Part shown: positions 44,535 through 53,856 of the stretch, piece after piece
Position numbering within the stretch: position 1 is the stretch's first letter
Layout: each line of letters begins with the position of its first letter
Source: Dehalococcoidia bacterium
GTDB taxonomy: Bacteria > Chloroflexota > Dehalococcoidia > Lucifugimonadales > GCA-2712585
Reading direction: 5' to 3'
NCBI GenBank assembly: GCA_034420855.1
Contig: DAOUKX010000021.1
Location: 1-55,824, forward strand
DNA: 55,824 nucleotides
Position numbers and translations under genes: made by a program
Notes under the pieces: model-generated
Told to the model about the DNA's origin: nothing
Databases searched by the model: none
The model's input: the letters and a program-made list of their open reading frames with translations, nothing else

Positions 44535-45365
44535 TCATTCTATGCGACGAACGAGATACGCCTCCGATGACATGATCCTGTCGACACGAGAAGGAAAGTC
44601 CTCAAACTTGTCAGTCACCGCTTGCACCAATCGTCCTGAAAGCTTGCCGCAGGAATCGCTTCCCAGAAAGACGGCCAATGCTGCCGCCCGCTCAATCGAT
44701 GCGCCCTGGCCCGAGGTAACCTGAACTCCCTGGCGATACATTGCATCTTCGCCAATCTCAAGGGCCAGGTCTCGCGTTTCTTCCCACATGCGCGTGTGAA
44801 TAGACCCGGGGCTCATTGCATTCACCGTGATGCCCGTATCTGCCAACTCCATGGCCAGATTCTCTGTGAGATTGACTATGGCGGTTTTCGCTGCATAGTA
44901 GGCGGTGAGGTTGGGCCCTCCCACTCCGGCCATGTTGACGATGCGTCCGCGATTCTGGTTAAGCATGTGGGGAATGACGGCCCGGCAGCAGTAGTAGGTC
45001 CCGAACAAGTGGATTGCGATGGTGCGCTCCCATTCCGATGGGTCGTTTTCCCAAAGCGGCCCGACCGGGCCAAGATTACCGGCATTGTTCAGCAGAACGT
45101 CAATTGCGCCAAAGGTCTCCACCGTGTTGGCAACCAACTTTTCTACCTGTAGTCTGTTGCTGACGTCCGTTGCCACCGTATGCACCTTGGCCTGGTATTG
45201 GCGAGCGATGGCGTCGGCTGTTTCCTCCAACTCCGCCTTGGTTCTAGACGCCAGCGCCAGATGGGCACCCTCAGCCGCGCAGGCCATAGCAATTGCCTTC
45301 CCGATTCCGCGTCCTCCCCCGGTGACCAACACAACGCGGCCTGCTAAGCGGCGTTGATATTTCAT
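44535..45365 (-). CDS. SDR-family oxidoreductase (classical short-chain dehydrogenase/reductase)
   Basis: 276 aa. Cofactor motif VTGGGRGIGKA, NNAG, and the catalytic YAAKTA (YxxxK). Confidence 0.9.
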   Translation of the reverse strand: MKYQRRLAGRVVLVTGGGRGIGKAIAMACAAEGAHLALASRTKAELEETADAIARQYQAKVHTVATDVSNRLQVEKLVANTVETFGAIDVLLNNAGNLGPVGPLWENDPSEWERTIAIHLFGTYYCCRAVIPHMLNQNRGRIVNMAGVGGPNLTAYYAAKTAIVNLTENLAMELADTGITVNAMSPGSIHTRMWEETRDLALEIGEDAMYRQGVQVTSGQGASIERAAALAVFLGSDSCGKLSGRLVQAVTDKFEDFPSRVDRIMSSEAYLVRRIE

Positions 45366-45414
45366 GGACTTTCAGGGGAATAGATCAAGGTCTGGGAATT
45401 GGTGCGGTGCTCCT

Positions 45415-46173
45415 TCAAACGGCGACGTTTACCTGCGTGTGGGCTTTCAGAAATTCCCGCACCTGGTCAATCGTTCGGTCATATATATCCTTGGACTCCT
45501 TCCAGGGATATTCCGTGACTTGCGCCTTAGGAGCCAGCTCCACCAAGTCCATGCAAGGCTCGTAGGGATGCGTCGGAGTGCTGTCGGGCATCACAAGCAG
45601 CGGAGTCTGACAAGAACCGGCGAATTCCCTAGAAACGCTGTACATGAAATCTGGCTGAACGCGATAGAGACTGTGCAGATAGTTTTCTACAGTCTCCATT
45701 GAAATGTCGGGCCGTTGGGCGCGGAGCTTGGGAGCCCAAACGTCTTTGCCTGAATCATACATTGCGTCCGGGAACTCCGGATGATGACCTACGGGCTGGC
45801 AAAGCACAGCGGCAGCAACTCTATCGGGGGCTCGTTCAATGAGCTTCATAGCAAAGGGACCGCCGATGCAGTAGCCGATAAAGAGGAACCGGTCTATGCC
45901 GAGGTGGTCCATCAGCCCAAGCTGGTCGTCGGCGAAAGCGCCCCAAGCGTCGTCCGTCTGGACAGGGCCTGCCGACCCGCCTCCGTTTGCGTTCCGCTGG
46001 TCCATGGTGATGCAGCGAAAGTAGTCCTTGAAAACTTCCATGGCGTTGAAGACCTGATCGGGCCAGCCGGCCATGATGGAGTCCAGGCCACCGCCCGGCG
46101 TCGCAAGAAGCGGAAACCCGGACCCGACCTCCTCATACTGTATACGAACGTCTCCCTTTGTGTAGAACGGCAT
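45415..46173 (-). CDS. Alpha/beta-fold hydrolase with Cys at the nucleophile elbow (G-Y-C-I-G-G)
   Basis: The track ORF starts at 46200. The second ATG (46173) is preceded by GGAGGAGGAG at good spacing. The elbow FIGYCIGG has its Cys codon at 45870-45868. Confidence 0.75.
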   Translation of the reverse strand: MPFYTKGDVRIQYEEVGSGFPLLATPGGGLDSIMAGWPDQVFNAMEVFKDYFRCITMDQRNANGGGSAGPVQTDDAWGAFADDQLGLMDHLGIDRFLFIGYCIGGPFAMKLIERAPDRVAAAVLCQPVGHHPEFPDAMYDSGKDVWAPKLRAQRPDISMETVENYLHSLYRVQPDFMYSVSREFAGSCQTPLLVMPDSTPTHPYEPCMDLVELAPKAQVTEYPWKESKDIYDRTIDQVREFLKAHTQVNVAV

Positions 46174-46344
46174 AATGGCTCCTCCTCCTGCATTTTGCAT
46201 CTGGTCCTACAGACGATTCTAGCTTGGCAGAACCGGGTGTCAAGACAGAACATCCTAACCTTGTCTTGCCAGGGCAGCTGTAGTACAAAGAACTGGAGAA
46301 TGCAAAATGGGGCTGTTTCGCCTTAACCGGGAGTTGAGAGACGA

Positions 46345-47013
46345 ATGAACATCAGGCTGATCAGGCACGCCGAGAGCACGGGGAACGTGGAGAACCGCTG
46401 GATTGGCAGGGAAGACGTGCCGTTGTCCGAAGCAGGCCGCTGGCAGGCCGAGCAGCTGCGTTCCAGGCTGGAAGATGAGGGGTACATCCCCACCCACATC
46501 TACGCGAGTCCCCTGAGCAGAGCATTCGAAACTGCCCGCATTGTAGCCGCAAATTGGGAGTGTCCCATTGAGCCGTGGGGAGACTTGGTCGAATTAAAGG
46601 TCGGCATATTCTCCAACATGACAGGCGAGGAAATTGAGAAAGCGTTTCCAGCGATAGCCCGCGAGTTCGCCGCCTCCCAGAACTTTGACATCATTGATGG
46701 CGCCGAGACCCATGAGGAGTGCAATGCTCGCGCTCAGCGGGTACTGAATCGGATGGCCGGAATGCATAGCAACAGCGACCGGGTGATGCTGTTTTCCCAC
46801 GGTGGGATACTTCGTTACCTTATCTCCCGACTCTTGGGCACCGAGCAGGTATGGTCGCTGGACGTTGACAATGCGGCGATTTTCGAGTTCACAGTAGACG
46901 TTGATAGCTGGGATCTGGAACCCAAGACACGGATGAATCTAAGCATGTGGCGCATAAACAGGTTCAACGACACAGACCACCTGGACGATTTGACTGCCCA
47001 TTCAGGCCCGTAG
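46345..47013 (+). CDS. Histidine phosphatase (phosphoglycerate mutase-like) family protein
   Basis: 222 aa. LIRHAESTGN (RHG-type motif) and a late SHGG. Confidence 0.85.
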   Translation: MNIRLIRHAESTGNVENRWIGREDVPLSEAGRWQAEQLRSRLEDEGYIPTHIYASPLSRAFETARIVAANWECPIEPWGDLVELKVGIFSNMTGEEIEKAFPAIAREFAASQNFDIIDGAETHEECNARAQRVLNRMAGMHSNSDRVMLFSHGGILRYLISRLLGTEQVWSLDVDNAAIFEFTVDVDSWDLEPKTRMNLSMWRINRFNDTDHLDDLTAHSGP

Positions 47014-47073
47014 TGCGACCCAGGCAAAGACCGTAGACGAAGCCGCGAAACAATTCCGCCCCTTACGCAGCCG

Positions 47074-48063
47074 CTACCTGGAAGGGAACAGCTCTGCCAG
47101 CAGGTCCAGAATCAGCTTGGCGGTGCACATTGTCGACGTTTCGGCGTGGTCGTAGGGCGGGGCCACCTCCACGAAGTCGCAGCCCACGATGTTTACCCGA
47201 TTTGATAGGGCAATCAGTGCGTCCCGCATTTCGTAGTAGAAGAATCCACCCGGGGCGGGAGAGCCGGTTCCGGGCACCTGCATCGGGTCCATCACGTCCA
47301 CGTCAACGGTGAGATAGACGTTGCCCCCGGCCGGAACGTGGGCAACGGCCCCTTCCGGCCCCAAGGCGCGAAACTGCTCCGTAGTTATCAGCTTTACTCC
47401 CTTGGAAATGGCGTCGTCGAAGATGTCTTTGGTAGCCTTGCGTATGCCGATGGAGGTGACGTTATTCACGTTTGGCAGGTCGAAGCAGCGACGGATGGGA
47501 CAGCCGTGGTGGTAATAGGTTCCCTGAAGCTCGTGGCTGAAGTCCATGTGGGCGTCGAAGTGTACCACGTCCAGGTCCGCGTAGCTGTCAAATCCCCGTG
47601 CCGCCGGGAAGGTGATGGAGTGGTCTCCGCCGACGATGACGGGGAAGGAGCCGCGGGCAATGATCCTTCTGACAGCGTGGGTGATCTTGGCGAAGTTATT
47701 CTCCACGTCGGACGGAATGATTGTCACGTCGCCGCAGTCGGCCATGGTGACGCCCTTCAGAAAGGTCTGCTGCCTGTCGATGTCGAAGTAGCCCTGGGCC
47801 TGCTTTTCGACCCGGAAAGAATCGTAGCTGTAAACGTCCCTCACGTATCGGATGCCGTTGGGTCCGAAACGGGCGCCGGGCCGCGCGAAGGTGCCCTGGT
47901 CATAGGGAACGCCGATGAAGGCCACGTCTGCGTTCAGGGTGTCCAAGTCGTTCACCAAGGGCGCGGCGAAGAAGGAGAGGGGCACGGCCCTGGTGGCGGG
48001 CCAGGGCCCATCCCAAGTGTCATTGAGGGATAGGGATCTGTTGATTTCTTGCTCCGAATTCAT
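47074..48063 (-). CDS. Ureohydrolase (agmatinase/arginase/guanidino-acid hydrolase) family protein
   Basis: 329 aa. Mn-binding motifs GGDHSIT, DAHMD and DVDVMDP. The exact substrate cannot be told from sequence alone. Confidence 0.85.
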   Translation of the reverse strand: MNSEQEINRSLSLNDTWDGPWPATRAVPLSFFAAPLVNDLDTLNADVAFIGVPYDQGTFARPGARFGPNGIRYVRDVYSYDSFRVEKQAQGYFDIDRQQTFLKGVTMADCGDVTIIPSDVENNFAKITHAVRRIIARGSFPVIVGGDHSITFPAARGFDSYADLDVVHFDAHMDFSHELQGTYYHHGCPIRRCFDLPNVNNVTSIGIRKATKDIFDDAISKGVKLITTEQFRALGPEGAVAHVPAGGNVYLTVDVDVMDPMQVPGTGSPAPGGFFYYEMRDALIALSNRVNIVGCDFVEVAPPYDHAETSTMCTAKLILDLLAELFPSR

Positions 48064-48183
48064 TTCTTTTCGTCCAATCGCTTCAGGGATATGTGGCGCC
48101 CATTATATCGCATCCCATCCGTCAGTTCGTCCCTGGACGGACGGCACCTGCCGGCTCCGCGGCTATCTTTCGGAAGAGTTGAA

Positions 48184-48603
48184 TCATGCTTCGGCATTGG
48201 CCTTGGAATGATCGTAGGATCTTTGAATGAGTTCTCGCAGAACGTCCATATCCACGTCCGCCAGTTTGTTTATGTAAAGGCACGAAACGCTCTTGCGATG
48301 CTTCCCAAGCCTGGTCAATAACTTGTCACGCCCATCGAACCCGTCCATGATGTACAGCGACAGGCTCTGCTTTCTTGGGGAGAAGCCGGTCAAAAATATT
48401 TCCCCTTCCCGGCCGGATTCATATTTGTAATGATGGTCGCCGAAACCAATTATGCTGGGCCCCCACATCTCCGGTTGCAGCCCGGTAATCTCCCGCATCA
48501 TAGCCAGAAGTGCCAATCCGTCTTCACGACGTCGCTTGTTCACGACGGACGAAAGGAATTCCTCAACGCTCGCGCCGGTTTTGCGTGTTTTGTTTTCAGC
48601 CAT
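48184..48603 (-). CDS. DUF1801 (YdhG-like) domain protein
   Basis: 139 aa. ...VEEFLSSV...RREDGLALLAMMREITG..P.MWGPSIIGFG.YHYKYESGREG resembles the DUF1801/YdhG family. Confidence 0.65.
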   Translation of the reverse strand: MAENKTRKTGASVEEFLSSVVNKRRREDGLALLAMMREITGLQPEMWGPSIIGFGDHHYKYESGREGEIFLTGFSPRKQSLSLYIMDGFDGRDKLLTRLGKHRKSVSCLYINKLADVDMDVLRELIQRSYDHSKANAEA

Positions 48604-48698
48604 GAATGCTCTCCCTGTTCGTTCAGCTTCCCTTAGACCTGGGAACCGTAATGATATACCCTATGACGAAAGGTGGAAGCAAGCAATGGAGGATTTAG

Positions 48699-49487
48699 AT
48701 GAAGCCGAACGTACTACGAGAAAAGCTGAAAGCGGGCGAGCCTACCGTAAGCACCCACATCCATTCCACATGGCCGTCGGTCATTGAAGCCATCGGGCAC
48801 ACCGGAATTTACGATTACGTGGAGTTCGTAGCTGAGTACGGACCGTCGGACTTGCACGACCTCGACAACATGGCCAGAGCGGCAGAGCTTTTCGACATGG
48901 GCATGATGATCAAGGTGGACCAGAGCCACCAGTCATATCTGGCTCAGCGCGCCGTCGGGTCAGGCTTCGGCAGCGTTCTCTTCACGGATGCCAGGTCAGC
49001 CGCCGACGTGCGAGAGCAGATTTTGACGGTTAAGCCGGATACGCCGGAGGACAAGGGGTGGTACGGCGTCGCCACACGTCGTCACACGTACATGGGCTAC
49101 GGTGGAACGGCTACGTACGTGAAGGCCCTTCAGGACACCGTGGTAGCGGTAATGATAGAAAAGAGAGGCGCCGTGGAGGAGCTTGATGAGATTCTGGAAA
49201 TTCCCGGCCTTGACATGGTCCAGTGGGGCGGGTCGGACTACTCGGTCAGCATTGGACTACCGGGACGAAAGAGCCATCCCGACGTGATGGAAGCTCACGA
49301 TAAGGTCTTCAAACAGGCAGTCGCTGCGGGAATTCCCGCCCGCGCCGAAATCAACTCCCCTGACGAGGCGCGAAAATACCTGGATATGGGAGTCCGTCAC
49401 TTCTCCATTGGGACGGATATTTCTATCCTGCACGGCTGGTGGCAGTCCAACGGCGAGGACCTTTGGAGGGCCATCAACGGCGAATAG
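48699..49487 (+). CDS. HpcH/HpaI-family aldolase
   Basis: 262 aa. The N-terminus LREKLKAGEPTVSTHI...PSVIEAIGHTGIYDYVEFVAEYGP and later IEKRGAVEELDEILEIPGLDMVQWGGSDYS are typical of class II HpcH/HpaI aldolases. Confidence 0.8.
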   Translation: MKPNVLREKLKAGEPTVSTHIHSTWPSVIEAIGHTGIYDYVEFVAEYGPSDLHDLDNMARAAELFDMGMMIKVDQSHQSYLAQRAVGSGFGSVLFTDARSAADVREQILTVKPDTPEDKGWYGVATRRHTYMGYGGTATYVKALQDTVVAVMIEKRGAVEELDEILEIPGLDMVQWGGSDYSVSIGLPGRKSHPDVMEAHDKVFKQAVAAGIPARAEINSPDEARKYLDMGVRHFSIGTDISILHGWWQSNGEDLWRAINGE

Positions 49488-49499
49488 GTGTCTGTATGG

Positions 49500-50333
49500 C
49501 TAGGTAGACGGAGTAGTTTGAAGTGTGACGGGAGTGCTGGACTCCTCCTCGCTTTCCTCTTCCTGCTCACCTTCATCGGATGAAGAGGTTTCGGACTTGG
49601 GCTCTGTGTCCGAGGCGGAGTGGGATTTCTGAACGTCTTCTTCCCAATCCGGCCATTCAACTGTTGCGGATGCTGATTCGTTCTCTCCGGCATATGCGGC
49701 AACCGTATTCATTGGGGTGTTCTTCCACTTAACAAAAAGCGCGACCACTCCCAGAATAAGCCTCATCGAGAACTCCAGGGCGACGAGGAACAGCATGTAG
49801 TAGAGGATGCTCTCGCGGTAATCATCGGCGCCTTTCAGCACATTAAGCGATTCGCTAACCTGGAAGAAGGTCGCGTCAATGAGGAACAGGCCCAGCACTG
49901 CGAAGGGCAACACCTTGGCTACGTCTCTCGATAGGTCCTCGTTGTAGTACGCAGAGACACGGATGACTGCCACCGTCGCCAGCGCAATAATCAGGATTTC
50001 GGAGATTGCTCTCTCCTTTGAGAGCAACGCAAGAATTAACGTAAGCACTGCGAACCAGAAGAAGGCGAGGGCCGGGAACACAATCAGGTATTTGGCGACA
50101 TACATGACCACGTGAAGGAAACGCCGCACCCAGAGATAACGAGACTTCTCATAGCTGGACAGGTCTAACTCAAACATGTCCCGAGAGGCGATGAACCTGT
50201 AGAACTTGAAGATGAAGACGGCGTAGGCAACCATGCCCAGGACGTAGAAGAGCAGGGGCCAGACCAGCTCGATGCCAGCCTCCAGACTCAGACCGTTGGG
50301 AAAAACGCTGTCAACAATGTCATTTATTTGCAT
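49500..50333 (-). CDS. Hypothetical polytopic membrane protein with an acidic Ser/Glu-rich C-terminal tail
   Basis: 277 aa with about 6 hydrophobic segments. The tail reads ...SASDTEPKSETSSSDEGEQEEESEEESSTP. No family recognised. Confidence 0.6.
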   Translation of the reverse strand: MQINDIVDSVFPNGLSLEAGIELVWPLLFYVLGMVAYAVFIFKFYRFIASRDMFELDLSSYEKSRYLWVRRFLHVVMYVAKYLIVFPALAFFWFAVLTLILALLSKERAISEILIIALATVAVIRVSAYYNEDLSRDVAKVLPFAVLGLFLIDATFFQVSESLNVLKGADDYRESILYYMLFLVALEFSMRLILGVVALFVKWKNTPMNTVAAYAGENESASATVEWPDWEEDVQKSHSASDTEPKSETSSSDEGEQEEESEEESSTPVTLQTTPST

Positions 50334-50501
50334 GAATGGCGCTACCTGTCAGATGGAATATCGATCAAGATTAGAATCACTCGCCACGACAAAACCGCTT
50401 TTGATTCTAAGTTAGGTGCATTTGATCGTTCAATTGACCTGCCCCGCGAGCTAGGGTCTCTTTTGGGTCCCGTCCTTCAATTCAGGAAGTTGGTAAATTA
50501 G

Positions 50502-51697
50502 GGAACCTCTAAACAACCGACTTCAGGTAGGACTTAAGGTAAATTACAAGGGGTTCAGGAGGGGATGAGCCGCCAGACGAGGCCTCTAAGGGGTTGGTTT
50601 CGGGGTAAAATTGGGCTTGGGGAGGCATCTAGCGGCCGGCAACCCTGATTTTGGGCGAACTGGACAAGGTCACGACGCCAAGTATTGCTCGGCCCTCATC
50701 TTTCTTGGCGAACCCCAGCAACATCATCAACCGTTGGGTGTTCTTGGCCAACCCACGGTAGCGAACCTTGGCATGCCCGAAGCGACGCTTTACCCACAGG
50801 AAGGGATGCTCCACCTTGGCCCTTATGGACGCCTTCCGTTTCTCCTCCACCGCTTCCTCACTCTCAGGTTCCAGCTTCCTCCTCTGGCCAGGCCTCATGG
50901 CCACCTGCCACTCCACCTCCAGGTCCCGATTCTCAGGCCTCTTGTCAACTCCCAGATATCCCGCATCTCCCCACACCCGCTTCTCTCCCCCATGCAGCAA
51001 GTGCGGCGTCTGCGTCACGTCATGCACGTTAGCCCCCGTCGTACTCATGTCATGTACCACTCCCGTATCAGCGTCCACACCTATATGCACCTTCATCCCG
51101 AAATACCACTCATTCCCCTTCTTCGTCTGATGCATCTCCGGGTCCCGCTCTCCAGCCCTATTCTTAGTAGACGACGGCGCCTCTATAATACTGGCATCCA
51201 CTATGGTCCCCTCCTGAAGGCGAAGCCCCTGGGATTCCAGATGACCGTTGATCTCCTTCATCAGTCCCTCCCCAAGCTGGTGCTCTTCCAGCAGGTGCCG
51301 GAAGTTCAGTATCGTCGTCTCGTCGGGCAACGGGCCACTCAACCTCAATCCCACGAACCTCCTCACCGACTCCGCTTCGTAGAGCAGATCCTCCATGCCA
51401 GGGTAGCTCAGGTTGTAGAACAGCTGCACACAGTGTATCCGCAGCATCGCCGACATCTCGTAGGGCCGCCGGCCCCGGCCAGCCTTGGCATAGTGCGGGC
51501 GGATGAGACCCTCTAGCCTCTCCCATGGGATCAGACCGTCCATCCGCTCAAGGAACCTCTCCCTCCGGGTCTTCCGCTTCTTGCCTTCGAACTCCAACTA
51601 CCCAAAGGTCGGCTGCTCCTTCATGACTTCACCCCGTCGTCAGTCTCCCTCCCATCTTACTATGACCCAGAACCATCAGTACTTATTCAGGGTTTCC
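50502..51697 (-). mobile_element. Complete IS5-family insertion sequence (1196 bp) with imperfect terminal inverted repeats and a 4-bp TTAG target-site duplication
   Basis: The left end GGAACCTCTAAACAAC (50502-) and the reverse complement of the right end GGAAACCCTGAATAAG (51697-) match at 11 of 16 ungapped positions. Both resemble the GGAAGGTGCGAA(C/T)AAG termini I recall for E. coli IS5. TTAG lies directly outside both ends (50498-50501 and 51698-51701), fitting the YTAR 4-bp duplication of the IS5 group. A single DDE transposase ORF lies inside. Confidence 0.85.
50629..51597 (-). CDS. IS5-family DDE transposase
   Basis: 322 aa. MEFEGKKRKTRRERFLERMDGLIPWERLEGLIRPHY...GRRPYEMSAMLRIHCVQLFYNLSYPGMEDLLYE..SVRRFVGL is the characteristic IS5 N-terminus. 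DASIIEAP, GVDADTG and DAGY are DDE-region motifs. Confidence 0.9.
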   Translation of the reverse strand: MEFEGKKRKTRRERFLERMDGLIPWERLEGLIRPHYAKAGRGRRPYEMSAMLRIHCVQLFYNLSYPGMEDLLYEAESVRRFVGLRLSGPLPDETTILNFRHLLEEHQLGEGLMKEINGHLESQGLRLQEGTIVDASIIEAPSSTKNRAGERDPEMHQTKKGNEWYFGMKVHIGVDADTGVVHDMSTTGANVHDVTQTPHLLHGGEKRVWGDAGYLGVDKRPENRDLEVEWQVAMRPGQRRKLEPESEEAVEEKRKASIRAKVEHPFLWVKRRFGHAKVRYRGLAKNTQRLMMLLGFAKKDEGRAILGVVTLSSSPKIRVAGR

Positions 51698-51895
51698 TTA
51701 GGTCTGTGGCATCAGTCAATCAGCGTCATACAACCGCGATTCACGCCTGAGGACGGTTGGGAATTCGCCCAATTACGTTAACTCAACATGCCTGGCACTT
51801 GATTCAGGCGCCTCAGAATTGTGATACTCTACACCAACATAATTTGCTAACATTCTGCTTACTTACCTCCGAGGGCCACAGGAGGGGATTTACAA

Positions 51896-53797
51896 ATGCG
51901 TTTCCTTCTCGACAGATGGCGGCGGATCGGAGTTCGTCTATATATCGCTCTGGGTTTTGCCGTTTTTCTGACGCTCGTGTCGGGCGCCACGGCCGTTTTC
52001 TATTTCGAGCAGAGCGGCGACCTAAACTATGAACTAGAATCGGAGTCCGTGCCTGCCCTGGAGGCTTCGTGGGAGGCGGCGCGGGAGGCCGAACGGCTGC
52101 GCGTTCTGGCTTTGGGTCTGATGGCGGAACCCGGAGCCGGGATCCAGGAATTTGAAACGGAGTCCGTCACTGATTCCCTAGACCGTCTTGGTGCGGTATT
52201 GGACGTGGTTGGCGGAATTCCATCCCTCACGTCCGATGCGGAAAGGGTAAACAATTCCGCGAACGAATTGGCCCAGGTCATCGATAACCTGGCTGCAAAT
52301 CGCGACGCTCTATTTGCAGCCAATATCAACGCCGCAAAACTTCAGGCGGCTGCGGCAACCCTTTCCCCGGCTTCAAGCGAGTCGCGAGAGGCTTTGTTGG
52401 TCTTGCAGAGAGTATGGCTGACGGACAATGAAGCCGACCTCCAGGCGCTCTGGGACCAGTTTTCAACCTTAGCTGCTGTGGGCGGCGACAGGGAAGTGGC
52501 ATCCCTGGGAGAGGGCGAAGGAGCTTTCTTTATTCGCGGCCAACAGTTGATCTTGTCAGCCAACCTTGAGGGACTTACAAGGGACTTCGACAGACTAGGC
52601 GAGGCCCTGGGGAACTCCGTGTCCGACCTTCTGGTCTCTGCCAAGGCCAACTCATCCGAGAACCTGGCTCTGGCAGTCAGCAGCTTCGACGAGGGACGGA
52701 CCTTGCTCACGGGCATAAGCGTCATAAGCGTCATCGCAGCCACCATAGCGGCATGGGTTTGGGTCGGCAATGGAATGGTGCGCAGGCTTTCCCGCATGTC
52801 TGACCGTATGCGTGGCATGGCTGATGGCGACTTGGAGACCCCGGTGCCGGAAATTGGACGTGACGAGATAGGAGAATTGGCAAACGCGTTAGAGGTCTTC
52901 AGGCAAAATGCCCTGGAAGTGCAGCGCTTGAACCTGGTCGAGCAGCTCTATGAGGAGCTAAGGGTAACTAATGAAGAACTGAAGCAGACCCAGGCCCGTC
53001 TGGTAGCCCAGGAAAAACTGGCGGCGCTGGGCGAGTTGGTGTCCGGTGTGGCGCACGAAATCAGTAATCCGTTGAATTTCGTCAAGAACTTCACCGAAGG
53101 TTCGCTGGACCTGTATGATGAGCTATCGGAGATGTTGGAAGCCTACAAGGGTAGAATGTCCACGGACGACATGGCCGTCCTAGATGAAATCAGCCAGGAG
53201 ATGACAGATAGCCTTAAACGAGTTCTTTCCAACGGAGGACGGGCTCTCGCCATCGTAGAGCGCATGCGTGGATTGGGCCTTGTGGGCGGCGAACCCGCCT
53301 TGACGGACCTGAATGCAGTGCTGAGGGATGCGGTGGTCTCCAGTTACAACACCTTTACGGGCGACTGGAAGGAATTCTCCATGAGGACCGAGTTTGACCT
53401 GGATTCGTCCGTGGGTGAGATGATGCTGGTGGAGGGCGATTTTGGCGACGCCATTGTCAACCTGGTATCAAACGCCTGCTTTGCCATGATGGCCAAGGGG
53501 CAAGAAACCGAAGACAGCTACGAGCCGGTTTTGCTGGTCTCTTCCCGACTGGACAACGGCGCGGTCACTATACGGATACGAGACAACGGCCCCGGCATAG
53601 CAGATGACGTTCTCGGGCACATATTCAATCCGTTCTTCTCAACCCGGAGCGGGGCAGAAGGAGCGGGATTGGGCCTTCCGGTGGCCGCGGACGTGGCCCG
53701 CAGGATGGGAGGAGACCTTTCGGTTAACACCGACTTCGGTCACTACGCAGAGTTCGTGATGACGTTGCCGACCGCCGCTGTTGTCGCGACCACATAG
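51896..53797 (+). CDS. Sensor histidine kinase: TM - extracytoplasmic domain of about 230 aa - TM - HAMP - coiled coil - HisKA - HATPase
   Basis: 633 aa. TM1 is aa about 13-36 and TM2 about 268-292. HAMP (DLETPVPEIGRDEIGELANALEVF), H-box GVAHEISNPLNF, N-box NLVSNACFAM, G-boxes RDNGPGI and GAGLGL. No response regulator in the window. Confidence 0.9.
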   Translation: MRFLLDRWRRIGVRLYIALGFAVFLTLVSGATAVFYFEQSGDLNYELESESVPALEASWEAAREAERLRVLALGLMAEPGAGIQEFETESVTDSLDRLGAVLDVVGGIPSLTSDAERVNNSANELAQVIDNLAANRDALFAANINAAKLQAAAATLSPASSESREALLVLQRVWLTDNEADLQALWDQFSTLAAVGGDREVASLGEGEGAFFIRGQQLILSANLEGLTRDFDRLGEALGNSVSDLLVSAKANSSENLALAVSSFDEGRTLLTGISVISVIAATIAAWVWVGNGMVRRLSRMSDRMRGMADGDLETPVPEIGRDEIGELANALEVFRQNALEVQRLNLVEQLYEELRVTNEELKQTQARLVAQEKLAALGELVSGVAHEISNPLNFVKNFTEGSLDLYDELSEMLEAYKGRMSTDDMAVLDEISQEMTDSLKRVLSNGGRALAIVERMRGLGLVGGEPALTDLNAVLRDAVVSSYNTFTGDWKEFSMRTEFDLDSSVGEMMLVEGDFGDAIVNLVSNACFAMMAKGQETEDSYEPVLLVSSRLDNGAVTIRIRDNGPGIADDVLGHIFNPFFSTRSGAEGAGLGLPVAADVARRMGGDLSVNTDFGHYAEFVMTLPTAAVVATT

Positions 53798-53816
53798 CGC
53801 ACATGCAGGCCTAAAC

Positions 53817-53834
53817 GGGAACCTGTTGGTTCCC
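53817..53834. terminator. Candidate bidirectional stem-loop between convergent genes (GGGAACC-tgtt-GGTTCCC)
   Basis: Perfect 7-bp stem with a 4-nt loop, lying between the kinase stop (53797) and the stop of the minus-strand gene (53857). The flanking T/A tracts are weak. Confidence 0.35.
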
Positions 53835-53856
53835 TTGCCGTAGAGCGCTGGAGAGG

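Noticed and set aside
50611-51516. 301-aa plus-strand ORF (plus 115- and 120-aa ORFs) inside the IS5 element
   Set aside because: It is antisense to the clearly recognisable IS5 transposase, with a Pro/Leu/His/Arg-rich, non-protein-like composition.
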